Positions 1-9,986 of a stretch of 32,000 bases of DNA are shown here, piece after piece. Made by a program: the position numbers and the translations under genes. Location of the stretch: positions 60,001 to 92,000 of the forward strand of contig NZ_CP045650.1 of NCBI RefSeq assembly GCF_009557235.1, read 5' to 3'. The notes below the pieces were generated by a model. That model was not told the DNA's origin. It searched no databases and was given only the letters and a program-made list of their open reading frames with translations. Origin of the DNA: Acinetobacter wanghuae (lineage in GTDB: Bacteria; Pseudomonadota; Gammaproteobacteria; Pseudomonadales; Moraxellaceae). Within the stretch, counting starts at the first letter, position 1. The number at the start of each line of letters is the position of its first letter.

Positions 1-2077
1 CTTGACCGATCTTACAATCACAATTGATTAATGTTTTGAGTTGGTCCGTATTTTCAATACCTTCGACTAAAACATCGAGTGAAATACTAGAACCAATCTG
101 CGTGATCGCTTTCACAATGGCTAAGGCAGATGGGTCTGTATTCAGACGCTCTACGAAATTACGATCAATTTTAATACAATCGACAGGATATTCTTGCAGA
201 CGCGTTAATGACGAATGACCTGTGCCAAAGTCATCGAGTGAAATATGAATCCCTGCATCTTTGAGTAAATTCAGTGCGCGTACGACATAATTAGCACCGC
301 GTTCAGACAAGCTTTGTTCAGTAATCTCAAGTTCGACTTTATTGGCAGGAATATCAAAACGAGCCAAGCGTTCTAACAGCTTTTCCGCATAATCATCACG
401 TAAAAATTCAACTGGTGCCGCATTAATGGAAATCGGCATAATGTCTAAGCCTTGAGCCTGCCAACGGGTCATATCTTCAAAGACTTTAAGCTGCATGGTT
501 TCACTAATACGTGAAGCAAGTTCGTAGTCTTGAAAGGCACAGAAAATATGTGAAGGCAGTTGAATTTGATAATGATGATCTTGCCAACGTAGTAAGGCTT
601 CAAAACCAATCACTGCACCGTCAGATAGGCGCACTTTCGGTTGATAGTACGGCAAAATTTGCCCCGCTTTAATGATTTTACGCGCTAAGGTCAGTTGCTT
701 GGTCATATCATCAAGGGTTTTAAACATGTCCTGATTGAACATGCGAATGCCACCACGACCGCTATTTTTCAAATCATTTAGGGCAATATCGGCACATTTT
801 AGTAAATTTGAGCTACTCAGTCCGTCGCGCGGATAGATAGCACAGCCAATACTCATACCGCCATTGATGGTTTTACCCGTGTAGTTAATCGGGGTATCCA
901 TTTGTTCACAGGCACGTCGTGCGACTTCAAACAACTGTGCTTCATTTTCTAGATTCTTCACTAGAATCACGAATTCATCGCCACCTAGACGGGCAACAAT
1001 GGTATTTTTGCCAAACACCTGTTGAAAACGTTCACCTAAAACATGCAATAAATGATCACCAGCAATATGCCCCATGGTGTCATTAATATGCTTAAAATAA
1101 TCTAAATCAATCAGCAGTAATCCGACTTCAGTCTGTTGTTGTTTGGCTTTGAATAACGCGCGTTTGAACAGTTTATAAAAGGTACGACGATTATACAGAC
1201 CCGTGAGTTCATCCTGTTCAGTAACAATTTTTAAACGGGTTTCTGCGAGTTTTTGTTGGCTGACATTACGTGATACACAAAGAATATTTTGAGTGACGTT
1301 ATTCTCATCTAGGATTGGGGTCAGCAAGTTATCCCAATATTGGATCGGCTGATTATCGAGTTTACTTTTACCGCCAAACCGTGCATTTAACCCTTGAGCT
1401 GCGCGTTTTAAGGCACGTTGTCCTGATTTTCGAACTTCAGGCGGAAGTAACTTCAACCAAGGCATGCCAAAACCAGTTTCTGAATCGACGCCTAAGGCTT
1501 CACAACCTGAGCGATTCATATGGCTCAGTTCCCCTGTAGGTGTCACAATTTTGATGCAATCGACACTGGCATCGAGCATATTTTTTTGTGTAGACACGAC
1601 ATGGGAAAGCTGTTGTTGAATTTCAAAATAGTCATGCACGTCGGTTAAAGAGACCGCCCATTGCAAAATCGCATCCGCTTCATTGTGAAACTTCATAGAC
1701 AGTAAACACATCCGATAATCATCGTTGGGTTGCTTAATGCGACACTGAATTTCGACATTTTGATAGAGTTCAAGCGCATCGTGCCATTGCATTAAAAACA
1801 GTTGCAAATCATCAGGATGAATAAAGCTTTGCCAACTACGACTGTCATTTTCATTCAGGTTGACCCCGAGATAATCAGTCATCGCACGGTTGAAATATTC
1901 AACATTGTTTTGTGTGTTTACCCACATCGCATGCGGCAAACTATCAATAAGATTCTGAATCAATTGGTACTCTGAAATAGGTATAGCGTGTGAAACATTG
2001 CGTTGTGATGATACAGGCATGTCTAAGTGCTCTGCTGTCATGTGTCTATGTTGATCATACGTCATGTATTCACCCAT
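1..2077 (-). CDS. PAS-PAS-GGDEF-EAL cyclic-di-GMP signalling protein (C-terminal end runs off the window)
   Basis: The minus-strand frame is open from ATG 2077 (AGGA 8 nt upstream) to position 1. It is absent from the ORF track only because no stop lies in the window. Hand translation gives two PAS-like segments, then ELTGLYNRR...RLGGDEFVIL (intact GGDEF), then PYYQPKV...GFEALLRW (EAL), ELEITE and DDFGTGHSSL. Confidence 0.85.
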   Translation of the reverse strand, partial: MGEYMTYDQHRHMTAEHLDMPVSSQRNVSHAIPISEYQLIQNLIDSLPHAMWVNTQNNVEYFNRAMTDYLGVNLNENDSRSWQSFIHPDDLQLFLMQWHDALELYQNVEIQCRIKQPNDDYRMCLLSMKFHNEADAILQWAVSLTDVHDYFEIQQQLSHVVSTQKNMLDASVDCIKIVTPTGELSHMNRSGCEALGVDSETGFGMPWLKLLPPEVRKSGQRALKRAAQGLNARFGGKSKLDNQPIQYWDNLLTPILDENNVTQNILCVSRNVSQQKLAETRLKIVTEQDELTGLYNRRTFYKLFKRALFKAKQQQTEVGLLLIDLDYFKHINDTMGHIAGDHLLHVLGERFQQVFGKNTIVARLGGDEFVILVKNLENEAQLFEVARRACEQMDTPINYTGKTINGGMSIGCAIYPRDGLSSSNLLKCADIALNDLKNSGRGGIRMFNQDMFKTLDDMTKQLTLARKIIKAGQILPYYQPKVRLSDGAVIGFEALLRWQDHHYQIQLPSHIFCAFQDYELASRISETMQLKVFEDMTRWQAQGLDIMPISINAAPVEFLRDDYAEKLLERLARFDIPANKVELEITEQSLSERGANYVVRALNLLKDAGIHISLDDFGTGHSSLTRLQEYPVDCIKIDRNFVERLNTDPSALAIVKAITQIGSSISLDVLVEGIENTDQLKTLINCDCKIGQ

Positions 2078-2337
2078 ACTGCCATCCTGGCATAAATCTT
2101 TACATCAATTTACAGGTTCTTATTAAAATAAATAAAAAGATGCTCTATTGTCTTATTGATCTTAAATAAAATGATCTGTTCTATTTTCTTTTCTTTTCTT
2201 AAGATTAATTCATTCACAATCAAAAAAAATAGTGTGTTTCGTCACAAATTATCTTCTTAAATTCATGATTTTGCCGAGTGGAATTAAAAAAGTGAATGGT
2301 AGAATGATGAAAGACCTGAATTGAGCCCAAAAATAAC

Positions 2338-3612
2338 ATGTCAGATAGCCATATTCCTTTACCTGAACGTTTGAGACCACGTGATCTCAGAGAAATTATT
2401 GGACAAGACCATTTACTAGGCGAGCATGCACCTTTACGTCAAATGATTGATCAGGGGCATTTGCCTTCAATTATTTTCTGGGGGCCGCCGGGCGTTGGTA
2501 AAACCACGATTGCTTTATTATTGGCAGAAGCCATTGATCGTCCTTTTATTAGTTTATCTGCGCTCAATACTGGGGTCAAAGAGTTACGGGAAATTATTGC
2601 ACAAGGTGGCGACTTACTGACCCCTGTGGTCTTTATTGACGAGATTCACCGCTTTAATAAGTCACAACAAGATGCCTTACTTAACGCGGTCGAGAAAGGC
2701 AAAATCACTTTAATTGGTGCAACCACTGAAAACCCGTCTTTTGAAGTAAACAGTGCGTTGTTATCCCGTTGTCAGGTCTATACCTTAAATGCGTTAAGCA
2801 ATGAAGCGATTCAAACCTTACTGATGCACGCCATTGCACAGGATAAGTTCTTGCAAGAGCGTTATATTCAGATTGAAGAGTTTGAAGCTTTAATCCAATT
2901 CTCAGCAGGAGATGCTCGTAAAGCTTTAAATTTATTGGATTTAGTTGCAAGTACTTTTGAGCCTGATCTAGAAAATATTATTAATAATGCGGTTGTGGTT
3001 AAAGTTGCGCAGCAAAATATTGCGCGTTATGACAAATCAGGTGAACAGCATTACGATTTAGTCTCGGCATTTATTAAATCGATTCGCGGAAGTGATCCAG
3101 ATGCGGCATTGTATTGGATGGCGCGCATGCTCAAAGGTGGTGAGGATCCTATTTTTATTGCCCGTCGTATGCTCATTGCCGCTTCCGAAGATATTGGTAA
3201 TTCTAATCCCAATGCCTTATTACTGGCGGGTGAATGCTTCCGTTCAGTTCAAGCAATAGGCATGCCTGAATCACGTATTATTTTGGGTCAATGTGCGGTG
3301 TATTTGGCCACCAGTGCCAAAAGTAACAGTACTTATTTAGCCATCAATAAAGCAATGGAATTGGCGGATAAAACTTCAAATTTACCTGTGCCTTTACATT
3401 TGCGAAATGCACCAACCAAGCTGATGAAAGCGCAAGGCTATGGTGTCGAGTATTTATATCCGCACGATTATCCCGAGCATTTTGTTGCGCAAGACTATTT
3501 ACCACCAGAGTTAAAGGGCACCAAGTTATACGAGTCAGCGCGTAATAAACGTGAAGTTGAAGGTGAACGTTTACAGCAACGTCGTTGGCAGCAAGAACAG
3601 CAACAGCAATAA
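2338..3612 (+). CDS. rarA: replication-associated recombination protein A (AAA+ ATPase RarA/MgsA)
   Basis: 424-aa ORF with Walker [10 protein letters not shown], Walker [13 protein letters not shown] and an MgsA-type C-terminal domain ([19 protein letters not shown]). Length fits the family. The C-terminus has a Q-rich tail. Confidence 0.93.
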   Translation: MSDSHIPLPERLRPRDLREIIGQDHLLGEHAPLRQMIDQGHLPSIIFWGPPGVGKTTIALLLAEAIDRPFISLSALNTGVKELREIIAQGGDLLTPVVFIDEIHRFNKSQQDALLNAVEKGKITLIGATTENPSFEVNSALLSRCQVYTLNALSNEAIQTLLMHAIAQDKFLQERYIQIEEFEALIQFSAGDARKALNLLDLVASTFEPDLENIINNAVVVKVAQQNIARYDKSGEQHYDLVSAFIKSIRGSDPDAALYWMARMLKGGEDPIFIARRMLIAASEDIGNSNPNALLLAGECFRSVQAIGMPESRIILGQCAVYLATSAKSNSTYLAINKAMELADKTSNLPVPLHLRNAPTKLMKAQGYGVEYLYPHDYPEHFVAQDYLPPELKGTKLYESARNKREVEGERLQQRRWQQEQQQQ

Positions 3613-3630
3613 TCGCTTTTGCGAGGCATA

Positions 3631-3660
3631 AAAAAAGCCCGAGTGCTGTGCAGTCGGGCT
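3631..3660 (-). terminator. hairpin followed by a T-run on the minus strand only
   Basis: AGCCCGA (3636-3642) pairs with TCGGGCT (3654-3660). The A-run 3631-3636 on plus reads as a T-run after the stem on minus; there is no T-run on plus. Confidence 0.5.
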
Positions 3661-3796
3661 GAAAATAGGATGTCTTTAGGGAGATCCATCCTAGAGGGTA
3701 TGGGGTTATTTTAAGGAAAAAGCCAATTGCTGTAAAAACGTTCATTTTGATCAATAGAATCTCTTTTTCCGATGAAGATTTAAGCAGTTTAGCAAT

Positions 3797-3829
3797 AAAA
3801 AAACCGAGCAATGATGCTCGGTTTTTTTT
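3797..3829. terminator. bidirectional rho-independent terminator between convergent rarA and purC
   Basis: AACCGAGCA (3802-3810) pairs with TGCTCGGTT (3815-3823) around loop ATGA, flanked by an A-run and a T-run. Confidence 0.8.
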
Positions 3830-3845
3830 GAAGCTTCAGAATCAA

Positions 3846-4565
3846 TTAGATGTCTGAAAGATCGATGCCGATACGTGTAGCAACTTCTTCATATGCTTCA
3901 ACCACACCGCCTAGGCCTTGACGGAAACGGTCTTTATCTAATTTTTTCTTGGTTTCTTTGTCCCACAAACGGCAACCATCTGGAGAGAATTCATCACCCA
4001 ACACAATACGGTCATGGAACACGCCAAATTCAAGTTTGAAATCGACAAGAAGCATGTTACCCGCTTCAAACAATGCTTTGAGTACATTGTTGACTTGGTA
4101 AGTCAGTTCTTTCATTTTTTCAAGTTGTTCAGCAGTCGCCCAACCCAAAGCAATGGCTTGAGATTCGTTCACCATTGGATCGCCTAAGCCATCATCTTTG
4201 AAGAATAGTTCAAATGTTGGTGGTGTTAATTCTTTACCTTCTTCTACACCTAAGCGGCGGCACAATGAACCTGCTGCATAGTTACGAACAACACATTCAA
4301 CTGGAATCATGCTTAGTTTTTTCACAAGCACTTCAGTTGGCGTCAATAACTTCTCAAAATGAGTTTCGATGCCAGCCTCAGCTAGTTTTTCCATGATGAA
4401 GGCGTTAAAACGGTTGTTCACCTTACCTTTACGATCTAGTTGTTCGATTTTTTCGCCATTGAATGCAGACGCATCATCACGAAAGACTAAAATCAGGTGG
4501 TCTGAACTATCTGTTGTGTAGACAGATTTCGCTTTACCAGTATAGAGCAAGGTTTGTTTTAACAT
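3846..4565 (-). CDS. purC: phosphoribosylaminoimidazole-succinocarboxamide (SAICAR) synthase
   Basis: The ORF track gives 3846..4613. The protein begins [11 protein letters not shown]...[12 protein letters not shown], typical of PurC. I prefer ATG 4565 ([13 protein letters not shown], 239 aa), which removes the overlap with the upstream gene stop at 4601. Confidence 0.93.
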   Translation of the reverse strand: MLKQTLLYTGKAKSVYTTDSSDHLILVFRDDASAFNGEKIEQLDRKGKVNNRFNAFIMEKLAEAGIETHFEKLLTPTEVLVKKLSMIPVECVVRNYAAGSLCRRLGVEEGKELTPPTFELFFKDDGLGDPMVNESQAIALGWATAEQLEKMKELTYQVNNVLKALFEAGNMLLVDFKLEFGVFHDRIVLGDEFSPDGCRLWDKETKKKLDKDRFRQGLGGVVEAYEEVATRIGIDLSDI

Positions 4566-4600
4566 GAGGGAACCTTTTACAAAAAAATGCCTAGAAATGT

Positions 4601-5206
4601 CTAGGCTGGCCAATTTTGGTAAATCTGGTTTAACAGTTCTTCGGCGCGTTCGCGATCGGCGAAACTGTTATCGGCATTGAACACAGCGAGGTTATTACTC
4701 GCACCGACAGGGGATAGTCTTAATACATAGGTCTGCTGATCGACCTTAATCGTTACTTCATAACGATTTTTATTTTGACCAACAATAGAATGGTTCAGGC
4801 TGCTGAGGGTAGCAAGTGTGTACTGCCATATTGTAGCAGAATTTCCATCAATTTTAATCAAAGGATTAAGATTTCCATCCTTCAATAATTGTGGCTTTCC
4901 AATAATATTTGAAGAACTATCATTGTCTTGCGTTGACCGTTCTGCCTCTATAGGCGGGCGTGGCATCTCATATCGGTTGCCACGTTGGTTCACCAATTTT
5001 GGGGCATTTTCCAAGGCAAGCACATCAACAGTTGGAGCAGGATACAATGGCGTTGCAGCACGTGCCATTGTACCTTCGGGGTATTGCAGCGGCTCTAGCG
5101 TTGTCGTTTGTCTATAGTCTAATGAGCCATTGTCGATGCCCATTGAACTACAACCCGCTAAACTGAATACTGAAAGTGCTAGGCTAAGTCCTAAACGTAA
5201 TTGCAT
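4601..5206 (-). CDS. bamC: lipoprotein, probable short BamC/NlpB(DapX)-family outer membrane assembly factor
   Basis: Signal peptide plus lipobox ([13 protein letters not shown]). The position between dapA and purC matches the enterobacterial dapA-bamC(nlpB)-purC order. The assignment is by synteny, not by recognised sequence motifs. It is only 201 aa. Confidence 0.55.
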   Translation of the reverse strand: MQLRLGLSLALSVFSLAGCSSMGIDNGSLDYRQTTTLEPLQYPEGTMARAATPLYPAPTVDVLALENAPKLVNQRGNRYEMPRPPIEAERSTQDNDSSSNIIGKPQLLKDGNLNPLIKIDGNSATIWQYTLATLSSLNHSIVGQNKNRYEVTIKVDQQTYVLRLSPVGASNNLAVFNADNSFADRERAEELLNQIYQNWPA

Positions 5207-5220
5207 AATAATTTGCTCTT

Positions 5221-6120
5221 TTATTGGGTAACGCCCGCTGCAACAAGTGCTTCATGTAGCGGCGTACGATATTGTTCTGCAAGTGGAGTAAGTGGAAGGC
5301 GAATACCTGTACCAATTAAGCCCATATCATGGAGTGCCCATTTCACAGGAATTGGGTTGGATTCACAAAATAGAATATTGTGTAGATTTGCAACTGAGCT
5401 ATTGAGCTGTTCAGCCTGAGCTGCATCACCTGCAATCGCAGCAGCACATACTTCGCTCATGACTTTCGGTGCAACATTGGCTGTAACTGAAATATTGCCT
5501 TTCGCGCCAAGTGCAATCAACTGATAAGCCGTTGGATCATCGCCTGAATAAACAGTCATGGCTTTGCCTTCAAGACCTTTAATCAGCTCACAGCCACGTG
5601 CCACATCACCGGTTGCATCTTTAATGCCGACAATTTGTGGAATATCAGCCAAACGAATGACAGTTTCGTTTGACATGTCTACGCCAGTACGACCAGGAAC
5701 GTTATATAGAATTTGCGGTAGATCAACGGCTTCAGCAATGGCTTTATAGTGCTGATACAGACCTTCTTGCGTCGGTTTATTATAATAAGGCGTCACCAAT
5801 AAGGCCGCATCTGCACCAAGTTCTTTGGCTTCACGAGTTAACTCAATCGCTTCATGCGTTGAATTTGCACCTGTACCGGCAATAATAGGAATACGTTTGT
5901 TGGCAACACGAATGATTTCTTTGATCACTTGGGTGTGTTCATCTAGACTTAATGTAGATGCTTCGCCAGTTGTCCCTACAGCGACGATACTATTCGTACC
6001 TTCAGCAATATGCCACTCAACGAGCTTCTCGAGACCCTTCCAATCTACGCTGCCATCTTCAAACATAGGGGTGACGATTGCGACAATGGAACCCTGAATG
6101 GTCTGTGCTTGCTGAGTCAT
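5221..6120 (-). CDS. dapA: 4-hydroxy-tetrahydrodipicolinate synthase
   Basis: 299-aa ORF with GSIVAIVTPM, VGTTGE, LLVTPYYNKP and the GIKDATG lysine motif, all typical of DapA. AGGA-type RBS upstream of ATG 6120. Confidence 0.95.
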   Translation of the reverse strand: MTQQAQTIQGSIVAIVTPMFEDGSVDWKGLEKLVEWHIAEGTNSIVAVGTTGEASTLSLDEHTQVIKEIIRVANKRIPIIAGTGANSTHEAIELTREAKELGADAALLVTPYYNKPTQEGLYQHYKAIAEAVDLPQILYNVPGRTGVDMSNETVIRLADIPQIVGIKDATGDVARGCELIKGLEGKAMTVYSGDDPTAYQLIALGAKGNISVTANVAPKVMSEVCAAAIAGDAAQAEQLNSSVANLHNILFCESNPIPVKWALHDMGLIGTGIRLPLTPLAEQYRTPLHEALVAAGVTQ

Positions 6121-6833
6121 TTTGAAAAACTATCCTATTTGTCCATCCGACGAGAATGAGAAACGTAAATTTGGATGGGTTTATATTTGATTTATAGCAA
6201 ATTCAATCACATTTGCTTGAAATTGAATAATGCGTATGCAAATTATGACTGATCAAACGCATAAGAACAATATGCTTTAGTCAAAGCCAATAAATTCTTT
6301 ATACAAAGCTTATGCTCAACAAGCAAGCTTGAAATAAGTGATTTGTAAAATAAATTAGGCAAGATTTAGCATCAGATAAAGCGGCTTATTCTGAGATTAA
6401 TCAGTTCAGCTCAAAAACAGCCTTAAATAGCACTATGAAGCTGAATTTAGAATGCCGCATATAAAGGATCACACCAACTTAGAGCTATTAACAATCAAGT
6501 CATCGCTCAAAAATCTGTCTAAATTGTTTTTAAATATCCAAAAAAATGCCAAAAAACAGCTTATTAATCTTTTATAAATATAAGTAAATGTTGGCTTTTT
6601 AAAATTTTAATCACATAAATGCTTGTGCTGTTTCATTCGGGCTAAATCGTGCTGTGTTTTTTATGCCCAATTAAGCGTTTTTTTGACTTGATGGGATTCG
6701 CAGCTAAAACGTTAAATATCCATTATTTTTTTGATATCCAAGTAAAACATTCAACTTATTGATAGTTAATTGACCTGATTCAATCATAGATGATGATTCC
6801 TTTTTTGAACGCTGATTGAACAGGGATATTTCA

Positions 6834-8036
6834 ATGCAAAAATCAGATAATCGACATGCCATCGTGACCGTTGCAATCTGTTTTCTGATTGCAGTGATTG
6901 AAGGCTTAGATATTCAGGCCGCTGGTATTGCAGCAGCAGGGATTCGTGAGCATTTTGGTTTAGATAGCTCACAATTGGGTGTATTTTTTAGTGCAGGGAT
7001 TCTAGGTTTATTGCCAGGAGCACTGCTTGGCGGCCGAGTTGCAGACCGTATTGGTCGTAAAAAGGTACTGATTTTCTCAACCGCTGTTTTTGCAATTTTT
7101 ACTTTATGCACGGTATGGGTGAATAGTTTTAGCAGTTTATTGGTGGTGCGCTTCTTAGCAGGGGCAGGATTAGGCGCTGCCATGCCTATTCTAATTACAC
7201 TGGCTGCTGAAGCCGTGACACCACAAAACCGCGGTCGTGCGGTAGGCTTAATGTATTGTGGTATGCCGGTCGGTGCTGCGATTTTATCCTTAATTGCGAC
7301 AACTGAATTTGGTTCGCATTGGAAAAATGTATTCTATTTGGGCGGATTGCTGCCGCTTATTGTTATTCCTTTAATGATCTATTTATTACCTGAGTCTAAA
7401 GAGTATCTTAAAACCCAGAATCAATCGGCTGATGCAAAGGCAGCATCGCAGGGTTCATTTAAAGATCTATTTAACTCAAAAAATCTGTTTCGGACGATGT
7501 GTATTTGGGTGAGCTACTTCTTTACTCTGATGGTGGTTTACATCATGTTGAGTTGGTTGCCATCGTTGTTTACTGAGCTTGGTTTTACGCGTAAAGAAGG
7601 TGCAACAGCACAGTTCTACTTCATGGTGAGTGCTACGATTGGTACGATTATCTTAGGCATGCTGACCGATCGCTGGAAAAAAGCTTATGTCATTATATTG
7701 ATGTACGGTGGTATTTTAGCAGGTCTCATTGCGTTAAATGCATCGAGTTCTTTGGCTCAAATGTATATGGCAGCGGCTTTGGTGGGTGCATTTGTGATTG
7801 GTTGCCAAGGCGTACTATATGCATTTGGCAGCATGGTGTATCCGACTGAGGTGCGTGGTACGGGTGTCGGAGTGGGCTCGGCTGTAGGGCGTGTCGGTGC
7901 GATGCTTGGTCCTGTTGTGGCTGGACAATTATTAGTTTCTGGTTTTGGCGCGGCAGGCGTGATTTCCGCTGCAATTCCATGCATTATTATTTCGGCAGTA
8001 TTTATGTTGCTATTGGTTCGCCGTATTGAACAATAA
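6834..8036 (+). CDS. MFS transporter, aromatic-acid:H+ symporter-like (possible NiaP-type niacin transporter by context)
   Basis: 12-TM-like hydrophobic profile and MFS motif A GGRVADRIGRKK. I prefer ATG 6834 (AGGGA 9 nt upstream) over the track TTG 6816. It lies directly upstream of pncA. Confidence 0.8.
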   Translation: MQKSDNRHAIVTVAICFLIAVIEGLDIQAAGIAAAGIREHFGLDSSQLGVFFSAGILGLLPGALLGGRVADRIGRKKVLIFSTAVFAIFTLCTVWVNSFSSLLVVRFLAGAGLGAAMPILITLAAEAVTPQNRGRAVGLMYCGMPVGAAILSLIATTEFGSHWKNVFYLGGLLPLIVIPLMIYLLPESKEYLKTQNQSADAKAASQGSFKDLFNSKNLFRTMCIWVSYFFTLMVVYIMLSWLPSLFTELGFTRKEGATAQFYFMVSATIGTIILGMLTDRWKKAYVIILMYGGILAGLIALNASSSLAQMYMAAALVGAFVIGCQGVLYAFGSMVYPTEVRGTGVGVGSAVGRVGAMLGPVVAGQLLVSGFGAAGVISAAIPCIIISAVFMLLLVRRIEQ

Positions 8037-8054
8037 AATTTAAAAATGCCAAGA

Positions 8055-8077
8055 AGCCTGCGGAAGCAGGCTTTTTT
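8055..8077 (+). terminator. rho-independent terminator after the MFS gene
   Basis: AGCCTGC-GGAA-GCAGGCT followed by TTTTTT. Confidence 0.8.
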
Positions 8078-8200
8078 GTTTTTACATCGATAAAAAAGGT
8101 GATTTAAATTTCAAATCAATTTTTTCATCCTTCGCTTTAAAAATGAGATGATTTTTAGGCTATGCTTAAGTGAAGAACAATATTTCAATGGATTGAAAGT

Positions 8201-8824
8201 ATGCAACAAAATGCAGCTTTAATTGTGGTCGATGTACAACGTGGTTTTTGCCCTGGTGGGCATTTAGCTGTCGCGAATGCAGATCAAATTATTCCCAATA
8301 TTCATCGTGTCTCAGCTGCCTTTGAGACAATCATTTTGACCCAAGATTGGCATCCAGCTGACCATATTTCTTTTGCAGATAATCATAGTGGTAAACACGT
8401 CTACGACACGATTGAGCTCGAATACGGCACTCAAGTGTTGTGGCCGAGTCATTGCGTACAAGGTACAGAAGATGCTGAATTTCACCCTGACTTAAATTTA
8501 CCGCAGGCACAGATGATCATTCGCAAAGGTTTCCATCGCGATATTGATAGTTACTCAGCCTTTATGGAAGCAGATCATAAGACCACGACGGGTCTCGCGG
8601 GTTATTTACGTGAGCGTGGCATTCAGAGCGTGTATATCGTCGGCATTGCCACTGATTTTTGTGTGGCATGGACGGCTATAGATGCGCGTAAGCTGGGTTT
8701 CGACACTTATGTGATTGCAGATGCCACGAAAGGCATTGATTTACATGGTTCATTACAACACGCGTGGCAAGACATGTTGGCGCAGGGTGTAAAACGAATT
8801 TATGCAAAAGACTTAATTGGTTAA
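8201..8824 (+). CDS. pncA: nicotinamidase/pyrazinamidase (isochorismatase-like hydrolase)
   Basis: 207 aa with ALIVVDVQRGFCPGG, the DWHP metal-site region and the catalytic Cys in GIATDFCV. Confidence 0.9.
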   Translation: MQQNAALIVVDVQRGFCPGGHLAVANADQIIPNIHRVSAAFETIILTQDWHPADHISFADNHSGKHVYDTIELEYGTQVLWPSHCVQGTEDAEFHPDLNLPQAQMIIRKGFHRDIDSYSAFMEADHKTTTGLAGYLRERGIQSVYIVGIATDFCVAWTAIDARKLGFDTYVIADATKGIDLHGSLQHAWQDMLAQGVKRIYAKDLIG

Positions 8825-8968
8825 AACGGCTTATCGTTCCTACACACTATTTGATAAAACACATTCTATTTTGAACCATCAGCGTGATCTTTATGCTTAT
8901 GGTGAATTGTGATTGTTGCGTAATCTATGGCAGGGTAGGGTATATATCGATTTTAAATGGACATATTT

Positions 8969-9928
8969 ATGTCAGGGTTCTTGCGCTTTACTCAATGGAT
9001 TCAAAAAACCTTTGCTTTGTGGGTGATTCTTTTCGCGGCTCTCGCATTGCTTGCACCCGATATCTTTATTTGGATTAAAGCCTATATTCCGTGGTTACTG
9101 GGCATTGTTATGCTTGGCATGGGTATGACCATGACCTTTGATGACTTTAAAGGTGTTTTACACAGTCCTAAAGCTGTTTTGATTGGGGTTGCAGCGCAGT
9201 TTGTCGTCATGCCAGCGCTTGCTTTTATGTTGTGCAAATTGATGAACTTGCCGACTGAAATTGCCATTGGCGTGATTTTGGTGGGTTGTTGCCCGGGTGG
9301 TACCGCATCTAATGTCATTACTTATATGGCAAAGGGCAATACAGCACTCTCGGTTGCGTGTACATCCGTTTCGACATTACTGGCACCCTTGCTTACACCA
9401 GCCATTTTCTATGTTTTAGCCAGTCAATGGATTGAGATTAATGCAGGCTCTATGTTTGTCTCAATTTTACAAGTAGTGTTATTTCCGATTATTTTAGGTT
9501 TAATCATTCGTGCAGTTTTAAAATCGAAAGTTGAATCATATATCCAAGTGATGCCATTGGTGTCTGTCGTAGCCATTGTCGCGATCGTTGCGGGGATTAT
9601 TGCAGGCAGTAAAGCGCAAATTTTAGAATCAGGTTTACTGATTTTAGGTGTGGTCGCCCTCCATAATGGTCTGGGCTATTTAGTTGGCTTTTGGGCGAGT
9701 CGATTCTTTAAACTGCCTTATGCAGACTGTAAAGCAGTCGCGGTAGAAGTGGGGATGCAAAATTCAGGTTTGGGTGTGGCTTTAGCAGCTACGCATTTTG
9801 CAGCATCTCCGCTGACCGCAGTGCCCAGTGCGATCTTTAGCTTATGGCACAATATTTCGGGTCCTGCTTTGGCAACGTATTGGGCAGCTAAAGCGGATAA
9901 AATTGCTGCGCAAGAGAACTCCAAATAG
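8969..9928 (+). CDS. bile acid:sodium symporter (BASS) family transporter
   Basis: Polytopic membrane ORF with [11 protein letters not shown] and MQNSGLG motifs typical of the SBF/BASS family. The start is either ATG 8957 or ATG 8969. Confidence 0.85.
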   Translation: MSGFLRFTQWIQKTFALWVILFAALALLAPDIFIWIKAYIPWLLGIVMLGMGMTMTFDDFKGVLHSPKAVLIGVAAQFVVMPALAFMLCKLMNLPTEIAIGVILVGCCPGGTASNVITYMAKGNTALSVACTSVSTLLAPLLTPAIFYVLASQWIEINAGSMFVSILQVVLFPIILGLIIRAVLKSKVESYIQVMPLVSVVAIVAIVAGIIAGSKAQILESGLLILGVVALHNGLGYLVGFWASRFFKLPYADCKAVAVEVGMQNSGLGVALAATHFAASPLTAVPSAIFSLWHNISGPALATYWAAKADKIAAQENSK

Positions 9929-9946
9929 ATTAATAAGCCAAAATCG

Positions 9947-9973
9947 AAAAAGCCTGCAATTGCAGGCTTTTTT
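9947..9973. terminator. bidirectional terminator between the BASS gene and the convergent membrane-protein gene
   Basis: AAAAAGCCTGC-AATT-GCAGGCTTTTTT. Confidence 0.8.
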
Positions 9974-9986
9974 ACATCTCAAATCA

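Noticed and set aside
2184-2198. (TTTTC)x3 microsatellite and nearby TGATCT / TCTATT word repeats in the spacer between the GGDEF-EAL gene and rarA.
   Set aside because: Only three units are present, in very AT-rich promoter DNA. The arrangement is mirror-like rather than a dyad, so there is no support for a binding site or a phase-variation tract.
3495-3689. 64-aa Cys-rich minus-strand ORF (..[13 protein letters not shown]..) beginning in the rarA/purC spacer.
   Set aside because: The Cys run is simply the antisense reading of the rarA Q-rich tail (CAG/CAA repeats). The ORF runs straight through a terminator hairpin and has no usable RBS.
6914-7984. Antisense ORFs inside the MFS gene (6914..7183, 7726..7980, 7757..7984), and similar ones inside the catalase gene, gshA, argS, psd and others.
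   Set aside because: Each lies fully within a well-supported gene on the opposite strand and has an Ala/Pro/Arg-rich or otherwise odd composition. These are typical shadow ORFs.
8119-8128. 10-mer ATTTTTTCAT shared by the pncA upstream region (8119-8128) and the pncB upstream region (18019-18028), as a possible common NAD-regulator site.
   Set aside because: It is a low-complexity AT-rich word with no dyad symmetry. By rough estimate a chance match between two 150-bp AT-rich spacers is not improbable, and the MFS upstream region has only a loose version.
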